Assembly (NCBI GenBank): GCA_016840165.1
Contig: JAEOSU010000080.1
Location: 32,001-96,000 of the forward strand
Reading direction: 5' to 3'
DNA: 64,000 nucleotides
From: Promethearchaeota archaeon
Lineage (GTDB): Archaea > Asgardarchaeota > Lokiarchaeia > Sigyniarchaeales > SOKP01
Positions within the stretch are counted from its first letter, which is position 1, and each line of letters starts with the position of its first letter. The position numbers were made by a program, and so were the translations under genes. This document shows, one piece after another, positions 1 to 8,676 of the stretch. Below the pieces are notes generated by a model that saw only the letters and a program-made list of their open reading frames with translations, ran no database searches and was not told the origin of the DNA.

Positions 1-345
1 CATTTCATGTAAAATTAAACCATAATGGGAATCAGGTAATATTCGATAATATTTTTTTATTTTTGGTATACTAAGCACATCCATTAATCCTACTGGATAG
101 CCTGTATCTCTAACTACCTTCCCGTCAACCATAAAATATCCTTGACCAATTAATTTTTTTGCCTCGCGGTGTGTTGTGACGATTTTTAATAGGTCTCTTA
201 CAATATGGAGTAAAGGAAGGCAAAATCGACTTGGGTGTGGTCCTGGAGATGGTTTAGCAAAAAATTTTCCATGTTTTCTCTTAATCTGTAGAAATTTTGG
301 GGTATTTAATCTTTTAAGAGACTTAGTTCCACCATGGCGCGTCAT
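1..345 (-). CDS. rps4e: 30S ribosomal protein S4e (5' part; runs off the window edge)
   Basis: Not in the ORF track. Manual translation from ATG at 345 gives MTRHGGTKSLKRLNTPKFLQIKRKHGKFFAKPSPGPHP...VDGKVVRDTGYPVGLMDV. Canonical position after L24. Confidence 0.95.
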   Translation of the reverse strand, partial: MTRHGGTKSLKRLNTPKFLQIKRKHGKFFAKPSPGPHPSRFCLPLLHIVRDLLKIVTTHREAKKLIGQGYFMVDGKVVRDTGYPVGLMDVLSIPKIKKYYRILPDSHYGLILHEM

Positions 346-780
346 TTATTTCTCAACCTCCTCCTTCTGTTTCTTAGGGCCAGCTAATAATTCTTCTTTA
401 GAAAAGCCAAATACTGCTTTCCTTTCTATTAGACTTGCTCTCCAAGGATCCATCTTTTTTTCTTTTATGAATTTGGTAATAATTAAATTCGAAATATGAA
501 TTGAGGGATTAAATTCAGTGCCATCTGATTTTTCAAATTTAGCTTCTTTGATTTTTGCTCTTTGATTTTTTGTGATTTCAATTACCTCACCTTCGAAATC
601 TTTAAACTCTCCTTTTATAATTCGTACATCATCTCCCACTCTTAGTGGAAGAGTTTTAATTCCATATTCTTCTCGGATAAAATCAGCTACCCGGGTGGAT
701 AATAATTTTGACCGTTGATGACTCTTATAATTGAAAAGCGCTTTTCTTTGTTTTCTTGGTTTTTTTGATTTTATTTTCAT
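346..780 (-). CDS. rpl24: 50S ribosomal protein L24 (uL24)
   Basis: SKKPRKQRK N-terminus, KOW motif LRVGDDVRIIKGEFK, SIHISNLIITK; operon position. Confidence 0.96.
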   Translation of the reverse strand: MKIKSKKPRKQRKALFNYKSHQRSKLLSTRVADFIREEYGIKTLPLRVGDDVRIIKGEFKDFEGEVIEITKNQRAKIKEAKFEKSDGTEFNPSIHISNLIITKFIKEKKMDPWRASLIERKAVFGFSKEELLAGPKKQKEEVEK

Positions 781-802
781 AATTTATCATTTTGATTTAT
801 AA

Positions 803-1228
803 TTAAATGATTAATGAGGATATTGAAGCCAATCTTGGATATAGTTCTGCTGCTTCCCTAGCAATTGGGCCTCTTATCTCTGTGCCTTTGGGTTCTCCTT
901 CTTTAGTAATTAACACTCCCGCATTATCTTCGAAGCATAAACGTGTTCCATCAACACGTTTATAAATCATCTTCTGCCGAACTATAACTGCCTTCATTAT
1001 ATTACCACGATATTCTGGTTTCCCTTTTTTTACGGTAACTGAACACACAGAACCTACTGTTGCTTTGGGTAATCTCCGTAATCGAGTTTTAGAATGGTCA
1101 ACATTGATTATTTGAGCAATTTTAGCACCTGAGTTATCTGTAATCAAAATTTTAGAACCGTTCTGTAGTCCATAACTCGTTCGCGACTTAGCAAGGGTCT
1201 TGCGACCCAGTTTTCTCCTTGTTCCCAT
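803..1228 (-). CDS. rpl14: 50S ribosomal protein L14 (uL14)
   Basis: DNSGAK, AVIVRQ, FEDNAGV and GTEIRGPIAREAA motifs. Confidence 0.97.
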   Translation of the reverse strand: MGTRRKLGRKTLAKSRTSYGLQNGSKILITDNSGAKIAQIINVDHSKTRLRRLPKATVGSVCSVTVKKGKPEYRGNIMKAVIVRQKMIYKRVDGTRLCFEDNAGVLITKEGEPKGTEIRGPIAREAAELYPRLASISSLII

Positions 1229-1579
1229 TTAAATGGCACCACTTACAATTTTTTCTAATACTATAAATGATTTAGTTTTGGAAAGTTTTCTACTTTCCCC
1301 TACTCTCACCATATCTCCAACATTGATTTCATCTTTTAAACATTCAGGCAAATGACATGAGAGACGAGAATTCCGACGCTCATATCGCTGATATTTTCTT
1401 ATAAATTGAACATAATCTTGTCTTATCACAACTGTGTTTCTTGATTTTTTACTTACCACTAAACCTTGGGTAATTTTACCTCTTATTCGTGTAGAGCCAT
1501 GGAAAGGACAATCCTTATCATTACATTCTCTACTTTTTGGAGGATTTACGCCGGGTATACCAATATTTCGAACACTCAT
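1229..1579 (-). CDS. rps17: 30S ribosomal protein S17 (uS17)
   Basis: RNIGI, DKDCPFHG, KYQRYERR and GESRKLSKTKSF motifs. Confidence 0.97.
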   Translation of the reverse strand: MSVRNIGIPGVNPPKSRECNDKDCPFHGSTRIRGKITQGLVVSKKSRNTVVIRQDYVQFIRKYQRYERRNSRLSCHLPECLKDEINVGDMVRVGESRKLSKTKSFIVLEKIVSGAI

Positions 1580-1583
1580 AATA

Positions 1584-1874
1584 TTACTTCAACCACTTTT
1601 TCTTTTTCAGACTTCTTAATCTATTTTCAGGTTTACCTACAATCATAGAACCATCAACTTCCAAAAGATCATTATCAACTTTAAACCTGAATATGTAATC
1701 TTTTTTAATATATTTCTTAATTTGATTATTTTTTTGTAATATGACTAAATTTTTTGTTTCGTCTATTATAATACCATTTATTGGATATTCTGATTCTTTT
1801 ATTTTTGATTTACGCTTCAAAAATACTTCAAAACCGATTAAATCATGATATATTAAATAATTAGGACTAATCAT
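1584..1874 (-). CDS. rnp1: Ribonuclease P protein subunit Rpp29/POP4
   Basis: HDLIG, GIIIDETKN and GKPENRL motifs; conserved position between L29 and S17. Confidence 0.92.
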   Translation of the reverse strand: MISPNYLIYHDLIGFEVFLKRKSKIKESEYPINGIIIDETKNLVILQKNNQIKKYIKKDYIFRFKVDNDLLEVDGSMIVGKPENRLRSLKKKKWLK

Positions 1875-2071
1875 CGCCTTTCCTCATTCTTAACAGTTAA
1901 TATTCTTGCAATTTGCTTTCTAAGCATTTTTGCTTTCGCAGGATTATCAGAAATACCCCCACCTGTTTGTTGGCTATAAAGCATCATTAATTCCTCTCTT
2001 AAGGTCAGCAATGTGCGTTCTCTCTCTCGCTTATCCATCTCTCGAATTTTTTTTGCGGTTAATATATCCAT
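1871..2071 (-). CDS. rpl29: 50S ribosomal protein L29 (uL29)
   Basis: NPAKAKMLRKQIARILTV; operon position. Confidence 0.95.
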   Translation of the reverse strand: MDILTAKKIREMDKRERERTLLTLREELMMLYSQQTGGGISDNPAKAKMLRKQIARILTVKNEERR

Positions 2072-2092
2072 TTTCTAATCCCCTCTTTTCGT

Positions 2093-2866
2093 TTACTTCT
2101 CAATCTCTTCATTTTCCGGTTCTAAAGATATTTCAGAAACGTCTTCCTCATCGACCTCATCAAGTATCTCTTTATCCTCTTCACTTATTTCTCCTTCTTC
2201 CTCCTCTATGACATATTCTGCTCTGGTTTTTGCCATCTTTGCTTCAGCTTTTTTTTGTGCTTGATTAAGTAATTCATCCTTAAGTATTACTTCATCTCCC
2301 ATTTTAGTATCTGCACGCATAATTTTCACTATTATCCCTAATGTCCCACTTTTTTGAATACATTGGGCTATACCTTTATCCACCCCTTCTTGTGCGGGCT
2401 GTCCACTCTTTGACATTGTTCCTGCTCTAAAAATCTGTGTTCTAGCTCTTTGAGAGGTTACTTTTCCCGATATAATAATTTCGACGCCTTTAGCTCCAGC
2501 ATCCATAACTTTTCTTAAAATGTAATATCCTGCTCTTCTATAATGACGCCCGCGATCTAATGAATATGCTAACCGTTCGGCCATAATCTGGGCATCTAAG
2601 TCGGGATTAGGAACCTCTTCGACCTCTATTTGAGGCATTTCAAGACCAAATTTTTCTTGTAATACATCAGTTATCTCTTGTATCCTTTTTCCCCCTTTTC
2701 CTATTACGAGTCCAGGTCGACTCGTTTTAAGGGTAATTCTTACTCCAAGGGGTGTTTTTTGAATGTCAACACCTGCAAAACCTGCTCTAACTAATTCTGA
2801 ACGTAAATATTCATTAATCTGCATTAATTTTATACCATTTTCTATGAAAATTTTGGCTAGTGGCAA
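2093..2866 (-). CDS. rps3: 30S ribosomal protein S3 (uS3), TTG start, acidic C-terminal tail
   Basis: KH motif RPGLVIGKGGKRI; GAKGVEIIISGK. Confidence 0.97.
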   Translation of the reverse strand: MPLAKIFIENGIKLMQINEYLRSELVRAGFAGVDIQKTPLGVRITLKTSRPGLVIGKGGKRIQEITDVLQEKFGLEMPQIEVEEVPNPDLDAQIMAERLAYSLDRGRHYRRAGYYILRKVMDAGAKGVEIIISGKVTSQRARTQIFRAGTMSKSGQPAQEGVDKGIAQCIQKSGTLGIIVKIMRADTKMGDEVILKDELLNQAQKKAEAKMAKTRAEYVIEEEEGEISEEDKEILDEVDEEDVSEISLEPENEEIEK

Positions 2867-2906
2867 TTATCTCATCCTAATTTGTTTTTTTTTACTTTAA
2901 GATTTT

Positions 2907-3386
2907 TTAACTTGGAACTTCATAAATAACAATTTCAACATGACTTAAATGATGATATTTTGCCGTGGATCTACCATGAGCACGTTGGATATAGCGCTTG
3001 ATAATTCTTCCCCTATGGGTTGCTGAATGAATAATTCTACAGAGTTCAATATCTAGTCCTTTATATTCTGCATTAGATTCCACTGCTGAGAGTACTTCAT
3101 AAATACGTGCTGCAGCTTTTTGTGGATATTTCCCGGCATACCATTTGAATTGCTTTAAATCTTTTTTGTGTGCTTGCTTTTTTTTGTGTCTCCTATAAGG
3201 AACTGATTGTTTTAGCTGAATTACCTTTTCTAAAAAGCTTTTAGCTTCCTCTACCTTCATTCCTTTAATTACCGCACAGATTTCTCTTGAATCTTTAGGT
3301 TTAATCCTCAAATCCCTACCTGATGCTTTTGCGATTCTATCTGCATCATATTTCTGCTCAATAAAAGAATATCCCCAGTGTGGCAT
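2907..3386 (-). CDS. rpl22: 50S ribosomal protein L22 (uL22)
   Basis: GKYPQKAA, NAEYKGLD, RAHGRS and HVEIV motifs. Confidence 0.97.
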   Translation of the reverse strand: MPHWGYSFIEQKYDADRIAKASGRDLRIKPKDSREICAVIKGMKVEEAKSFLEKVIQLKQSVPYRRHKKKQAHKKDLKQFKWYAGKYPQKAAARIYEVLSAVESNAEYKGLDIELCRIIHSATHRGRIIKRYIQRAHGRSTAKYHHLSHVEIVIYEVPS

Positions 3387-3422
3387 TTTTCATCATTTTT
3401 TTTATTCTAATTATAATAATCA

Positions 3423-3974
3423 TTATTTTAATGGAACATATTTACTACTTCTTGTGGCTCCGATACCAGGAGAACCATGTTGAACGCGTTTACGGGTTGA
3501 GGAAAACTCACCAAGATAATGTCCTATCATTTCTGGCATAATTTCTACCACTTCGAAACTTCTTCCATTGTATACTCCGATCTTTAATCCCACCATCTCT
3601 GGAAAAATAATCATATCCCTTACATGAGTGCGGGTAAGAAGATCTTTTCCTCTTTTCTTTGCTCTATAAGCTCTTCTTAATCTCTCCAGTAATTTCTTTT
3701 GTCTGGGAGGCAATCCTCTCTTTAAAGACCGTCTTGCTCTTGCGGGAAGGAGTTGAATAAACTCGTCCATATTCATTTTCTTTAAGTCTTCTAATGTATG
3801 GCCCCGAAAATGGAATCTTAAGCGATCTCTTTCTTTGTCAAGGTCTATTTCCTCTTCTTCTTCCTCTTCTTCTTCCTCGAGTTCTTCCTCCATCTCTTCT
3901 TCAATTTCTTCCTCTATTTCTTCTGATTCAAGTTCTTCTTGTTCATCTTCTTTAGGCTCTTCATTCGGAGACAT
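3423..3974 (-). CDS. rps19: 30S ribosomal protein S19 (uS19) with acidic N-terminal extension
   Basis: [21 protein letters not shown] and [18 protein letters not shown] motifs. Confidence 0.97.
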   Translation of the reverse strand: MSPNEEPKEDEQEELESEEIEEEIEEEMEEELEEEEEEEEEEIDLDKERDRLRFHFRGHTLEDLKKMNMDEFIQLLPARARRSLKRGLPPRQKKLLERLRRAYRAKKRGKDLLTRTHVRDMIIFPEMVGLKIGVYNGRSFEVVEIMPEMIGHYLGEFSSTRKRVQHGSPGIGATRSSKYVPLK

Positions 3975-4207
3975 CTTTGCACCAATCTATTTGTTCCGTT
4001 TAATATATTTTGTTATTTTTTTCAATTATATTTATTACGTGTAATGATATTAGTCATCAATTAAATTTTAATTTTATTAAAACAAGGGGGGGAAAAAACA
4101 TAAACTTTAAAAGGTTAGATAATGGGCAACGAAGATTTACCTTAAGATCTCCTATTTGCCAATTTTATCGTTTCTTTTGACCAATATTTTTGACGGATTA
4201 AAAAATA

Positions 4208-4897
4208 TCATTGATAATTATTGGGATTGTATATTCGTTTAATATCTTCCTCATCAAAAGAACCACTCCATCGTTCCTTAATAGAAACGAAGTCATTAGG
4301 ATTCTTATTTGGATTAATGATGGAGTGATATTTCAGCTTTTCGTTAGTGAACTTTGTACCATCCTCCACAAAATAATATACTCGGTTATTATTCATAATT
4401 ATTGGCTTTCCACCTAATATTTCCCATTCTTCAGATCGATGGGTGTGTACTTGAATCGAAATTCCCATTTCAGGTTTAATGAAAATGATATTATATTCTG
4501 GATAAGTAAACTTAATACTATACCATTTAGATAAAATATCAATATAACCCGAGTGTACAGAAAATTGCTTTACAAATTCATTAGGATCAAAATTTACTTT
4601 TTCAGAGTGTTCATATTTATAGGGATCATAGATAATTTCATGGTCTGATACATCATGGTTATATTTGATATTAGCGAGTTCTTCTCCAATATTAATTATC
4701 ATATAATAATCTTGAGATTTGATATCAAAGGTCAGCTGTTGCGCATGCTTAGTGATAAGTGAGGTTCCATTAATGATCATAAAGTCATTTGCGCTATCAC
4801 AGTTAATTGATGAGCTTAACTTTTTAGAATTAGTTTTTCTCAAACATGTGCCTCTTCCAGGCAATAATTTTTCTTCTATCATAAGATTTGAATTCAC
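4208..4897 (-). CDS. Cupin protein resembling the C-terminal mannose-6-phosphate isomerase (type II) domain of ManC
   Basis: ISIQVHTHRSEEW, HSIINP and SGSFDEEDIKR match the cupin motifs LSLQxHxHRxEHW and GxYLxEDDIxR. GTGA overlap with rbsK. Confidence 0.7.
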   Translation of the reverse strand: MNSNLMIEEKLLPGRGTCLRKTNSKKLSSSINCDSANDFMIINGTSLITKHAQQLTFDIKSQDYYMIINIGEELANIKYNHDVSDHEIIYDPYKYEHSEKVNFDPNEFVKQFSVHSGYIDILSKWYSIKFTYPEYNIIFIKPEMGISIQVHTHRSEEWEILGGKPIIMNNNRVYYFVEDGTKFTNEKLKYHSIINPNKNPNDFVSIKERWSGSFDEEDIKRIYNPNNYQ

Positions 4898-5865
4898 TTA
4901 ATTGTATGATGAGTGATTTCATTATATTTCTCTTGAATTTCCATGGCGCTAGGCATGGATTTCTGGGCGCCTTTTCTAGTTACTGCAATTGAGGCTGCCG
5001 CAGTCGCATATTTCACTGCACTGATTATATTTTCTCCTTGGGTTAATTTACTCGCTAAAACACCATTAAAACAATCCCCGGCTCCAACAGTATCAATTGC
5101 TTTAACCTTAAGTGCTGGTACTTTAATTGCTTCTGCCACTTCTGATTTATAAATCAAGGATCCCTTTTTCCCTAAAGTTGTTATTATGGTTTTTAGACCT
5201 AAATTTGCTAGATTTTGTGAAGCTTGAATAATTTTGTTGTCTTGAGTTTCTGTGAGTTTGTTTAAATTAAGTAAGGAATGAAGTCTTATCAACTCACCTT
5301 CATTAGGAACAATAATGTCGATCTGGGCCAATAAATCCTGAGGAATAGGTTTGAGGGGAGCTGGATTTAATATTTTTATTACTTTTCCTTTTGATGCGAT
5401 TTGAAATATCTTTTTTATAGTTTCCATTGGAATCTCCATTTGGACTATGAGTGAAGTGGCATTTTTAATGATTGTTTCATTTTTTTCTATTTCACTAGGT
5501 TTTAATTTGACATTTGCTCCTGGCGCAACGCTTATCATATTCTCTCCATTCTCATCAATCATTATAAATGCAATTCCGCTTGCTTCTTTTTCATCTCTTA
5601 TTATGTAATTTACGTTAATGCCTTCTTTTTCTAATTGAGAAAGCATACTATCTCCAAATAAATCTTTCCCAATTTTTGCAATAAATATTGTTTTAGAACC
5701 CGATCTTGCTGATGCGACTGCTTGATTCGCGCCTTTTCCTCCTAAAAACTGTTTAAAAGTTCCACCGGTGACTGTTTCCCCCTTTTTAGGTAAACGCTCT
5801 GAATAAATATTCATGTCAATATTACTGGAACCGATTATTAATACATAAGGCTCTTTAGTTGACAT
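4894..5865 (-). CDS. rbsK: Ribokinase (PfkB family)
   Basis: GSSNID, GGKGANQA, LNPAP, PNEGE and DTVGAGDCF motifs. Confidence 0.93.
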   Translation of the reverse strand: MSTKEPYVLIIGSSNIDMNIYSERLPKKGETVTGGTFKQFLGGKGANQAVASARSGSKTIFIAKIGKDLFGDSMLSQLEKEGINVNYIIRDEKEASGIAFIMIDENGENMISVAPGANVKLKPSEIEKNETIIKNATSLIVQMEIPMETIKKIFQIASKGKVIKILNPAPLKPIPQDLLAQIDIIVPNEGELIRLHSLLNLNKLTETQDNKIIQASQNLANLGLKTIITTLGKKGSLIYKSEVAEAIKVPALKVKAIDTVGAGDCFNGVLASKLTQGENIISAVKYATAAASIAVTRKGAQKSMPSAMEIQEKYNEITHHTIK

Positions 5866-6107
5866 ATTAAATAGTATAATGAATTAATTATAAAAATTAA
5901 TAATCTAGACACTAATTATGAATCATTTTACTTAAAAGCAATTAATACCTTTAATTTAAATTTTAAGCGTTTTTAAGCGAAATTATTTATTTTTAGACCT
6001 TTGGTTAGCATGTACAAAAGCAAATGGTTTTAATTCAATATTATTTTAACAAAAAATATTAGATATATTCTTTTTTTTTTGAAAATAAATCTACAAAAAA
6101 ATTTAAA

Positions 6108-6446
6108 ATGGTAATTATTATGGCTAAAGATAAAATTATCGGATTTATAGTCATGATTCTCGGCATCTTAATCGCCATTGTCTACACCATGGGAAGCGTT
6201 ATAGACCTTTGGTTCTCAACGTGGGGTGGTGACCCTCTTTGGGCTCATAATGTGTTCGGAGAATTTATTGGTAGCATTCTAAGCTGGGAACTCTTTGTTG
6301 TATTACCTTTATGGCTAATTGTAATCCTTATTTCCATCATCGCTATCTGGATTGGTTACAGCATGCTCACTACCCCAGCACCAGTTCCTCTCGAGGAGCT
6401 AGAAGAGGAATTAGCCGCAGAAGAGGAAGCCGAGGAAACTTCATAA
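6108..6446 (+). CDS. Small two-TM membrane protein, DPM2/PIG-P-like (start may be ATG 6120)
   Basis: Two hydrophobic helices, WIGYSMLTTP motif and acidic tail. The family call is by-eye similarity only. Confidence 0.5.
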   Translation: MVIIMAKDKIIGFIVMILGILIAIVYTMGSVIDLWFSTWGGDPLWAHNVFGEFIGSILSWELFVVLPLWLIVILISIIAIWIGYSMLTTPAPVPLEELEEELAAEEEAEETS

Positions 6447-6490
6447 ATATTTAATATCTTTTTTTTATTTTTTCATTTATCCACAATATT

Positions 6491-7609
6491 TCAATTATCT
6501 GCTATATGAAATGAGTTAATTAGTCCATCTTCGTAACAAATTATCAACATTTTAGTTGCTGGTTCATACTGTATCGCATTTACACATGATTTATAATTAA
6601 TACTAGATCTTATGGTGCCATTTTTCTCATCTAAGATTAGTAGTTCACCTTGTGTTGTTCCAATAGCAATAAAACTTTGACCTGTTATTTGAAATCTTAA
6701 TATTGCTTCGACATTCTTATTTTGTAATTCCCAAATAGGCTCTAAATTTTGATGAATGCATAGCAGCTTTGAAGTGAAATTAATTTCTTGAATTGGTTTA
6801 GAGTGATCCAGATACTCGAATGAGTAAGAACTTACTAATAATGAATCTTTAATTGAACTTGGAAACGAGAGACATTTCCAGACATAATCATCAAACTCAA
6901 TAGTCTTAATCTCTTCTTGAGATTCCTTATCGATAAGGTGAAGTTGTTTATCATCTCCTCCACATATTATCAGTATTCCCTTATTAGAATTAATATAATC
7001 AACAAACCGAACTTTATCTGAAAACCGTTTAAACCATAATAAATTTCCATTAATGGCTTCAAATACTCTTATAGTTCCATCATTTGCGCATGCAAACACT
7101 TCTTTTTTATTGCTATTTTTACGATCTGCCCAGATTTTGGCATCTTCAATACCATCTTCGAAAAGTTGACCCCATACTAATGATCCATCATTACTGTTCA
7201 AAATTCTGAGACTTCTGTCAAGAGAATAAGCAATGATTTCAAGAAGTTCATCATTAGTTATATCCCCAATTCTAAAGCCGCTAACAGAAGAGCCAAACTG
7301 ATGTGCCCATAAAGGTTCTAACGTAGTTTGAGATGATATTTGAAAGATTCTTAGAAGCCCATCCATTCCCCCAAGTATTAATTCCTCGATCCCATCATTA
7401 TTTAAATCATAAATTTCTATATTCCAGATTGGTGAATTTTCAGTGATTTCTTCTTCAATTAACAATTTACCATTTAAATCTAAGGCTAAAATTTTTCCCG
7501 ATTTCGTGGATAAATATAGCTTTATAGTTTGTTCTTTTGTAGGACTACTCAATTTTGCTCCGAGAATCGACTCCTTATATTTGAAAGTCCATTTTTTTTT
7601 CAACTGCAT
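6491..7609 (-). CDS. Beta-propeller protein (WD40/FG-GAP/PQQ-like repeats)
   Basis: Blades of about 45 aa: DLNNDGIEELILGGMDGLLRIF, DITNDELLEIIAYSLDRSLRIL, ACANDGTIRVF, CGGDDKQLHLI. Confidence 0.8.
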   Translation of the reverse strand: MQLKKKWTFKYKESILGAKLSSPTKEQTIKLYLSTKSGKILALDLNGKLLIEEEITENSPIWNIEIYDLNNDGIEELILGGMDGLLRIFQISSQTTLEPLWAHQFGSSVSGFRIGDITNDELLEIIAYSLDRSLRILNSNDGSLVWGQLFEDGIEDAKIWADRKNSNKKEVFACANDGTIRVFEAINGNLLWFKRFSDKVRFVDYINSNKGILIICGGDDKQLHLIDKESQEEIKTIEFDDYVWKCLSFPSSIKDSLLVSSYSFEYLDHSKPIQEINFTSKLLCIHQNLEPIWELQNKNVEAILRFQITGQSFIAIGTTQGELLILDEKNGTIRSSINYKSCVNAIQYEPATKMLIICYEDGLINSFHIADN

Positions 7610-7754
7610 TTTATTAAATTATAAATATATCATGATTTCTATATTTCTTTTCATGATTAATTGAAGATTATAATTGACATAATATTATATAATAAGTTGA
7701 TTTAGTTACGTTTAATATCTTAATTTATTCAAAATTAATAAATGGGGATAAAAT

Positions 7755-8216
7755 ATGTCTGAAGAGAGAAGAATCGATTATTTTTCTGCAATCGTGCTTA
7801 TCTTGAGTATTATCGCACTAGTAATGCTCTTGATTGGTCCATTTGGAGGTTTAGATATTCCACTTTACTCTTGGAATGGATTTTCTTGTCTTTACTGCGA
7901 ATATTCTACAATTTTAGATTATATCATGCAAGTTTTCATAGTAATTTTATTAATCCTCCAAATAGTAATGGCGATTAATAATTTAATTCCACAGCCATTC
8001 ATTCGGGAAGATTCACCGGTTGGTTTCCTTGGAACCTCAATGTTTGGTATTATATCATCAATTTTAATTTGGGGTTTTGCAATTATTGGACTTATCTCTT
8101 TCGGAGTAACGTATGAATATACTGATTGGTGGATGGATATTGGTTTTTATGGACCTGTTGTCGCAGGATTAATAAGTATGATTTTGTATATCCTAAAACA
8201 TCTAAATAAAATATAA
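7755..8216 (+). CDS. Four-TM membrane protein of unknown function
   Basis: Four hydrophobic segments; CxxC in the first loop. Confidence 0.75.
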   Translation: MSEERRIDYFSAIVLILSIIALVMLLIGPFGGLDIPLYSWNGFSCLYCEYSTILDYIMQVFIVILLILQIVMAINNLIPQPFIREDSPVGFLGTSMFGIISSILIWGFAIIGLISFGVTYEYTDWWMDIGFYGPVVAGLISMILYILKHLNKI

Positions 8217-8349
8217 TTCCTTTTTTTTCTATTTATTAAAAAGATATTAAAATGAATCAAGATAAGAACGAAATTTATATTTTTTATTTTATTCTCTTTA
8301 TCAAAGATAATTTTTTTATCATTATATCATAAAAAAAGGAGAAATTAAA

Positions 8350-8547
8350 ATGAGCTTTGGAATCGAAATTGATATGGATGCTTGTACTGGATGTGGAACT
8401 TGCTATGAAGTTTGCCCAAGCGAATGTTTTGGGGAACCTGAGGGCGGTAAAGTAAATATTATTGAAGAAAATAGAGAAGATTGTGTGGGCTGTAGAGCCT
8501 GCGAAACCCAATGTCCAGAAGAAGCAATTACCATAACAGAAGACTAA
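8350..8547 (+). CDS. 2x[4Fe-4S] ferredoxin
   Basis: CTGCGTCYEVCP and CVGCRACETQCP; GGAG-type RBS upstream. Confidence 0.95.
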   Translation: MSFGIEIDMDACTGCGTCYEVCPSECFGEPEGGKVNIIEENREDCVGCRACETQCPEEAITITED

Positions 8548-8676
8548 AATCTGTCACTTTTTTTTGACTACTTTTTTTTAATTTTTTTTTATTATTGTTC
8601 GTGAAATCTGCCTTTTACGAATGTTCCGATATATCTCTATATTGTGCTAATATATATGAGAAAAAGATAAAATCAT

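Noticed and set aside
176-499. 107-aa + strand ORF, and similar short antisense ORFs across the window (e.g. 1930..2211, 27309..27680, 29795..30217, 61589..62002)
   Set aside because: They overlap well-supported genes on the opposite strand and have no recognisable motifs.
3835-4044. Poly-Ser ORF on the + strand
   Set aside because: Antisense shadow of the GAA/GAG-rich acidic extension of rps19.
4040-4062. TTGATGA on the minus strand as a possible C box of a C/D sRNA
   Set aside because: No CTGA D box at a suitable distance.
8284-8511. 75-aa minus-strand ORF
   Set aside because: Antisense to the clear ferredoxin gene.
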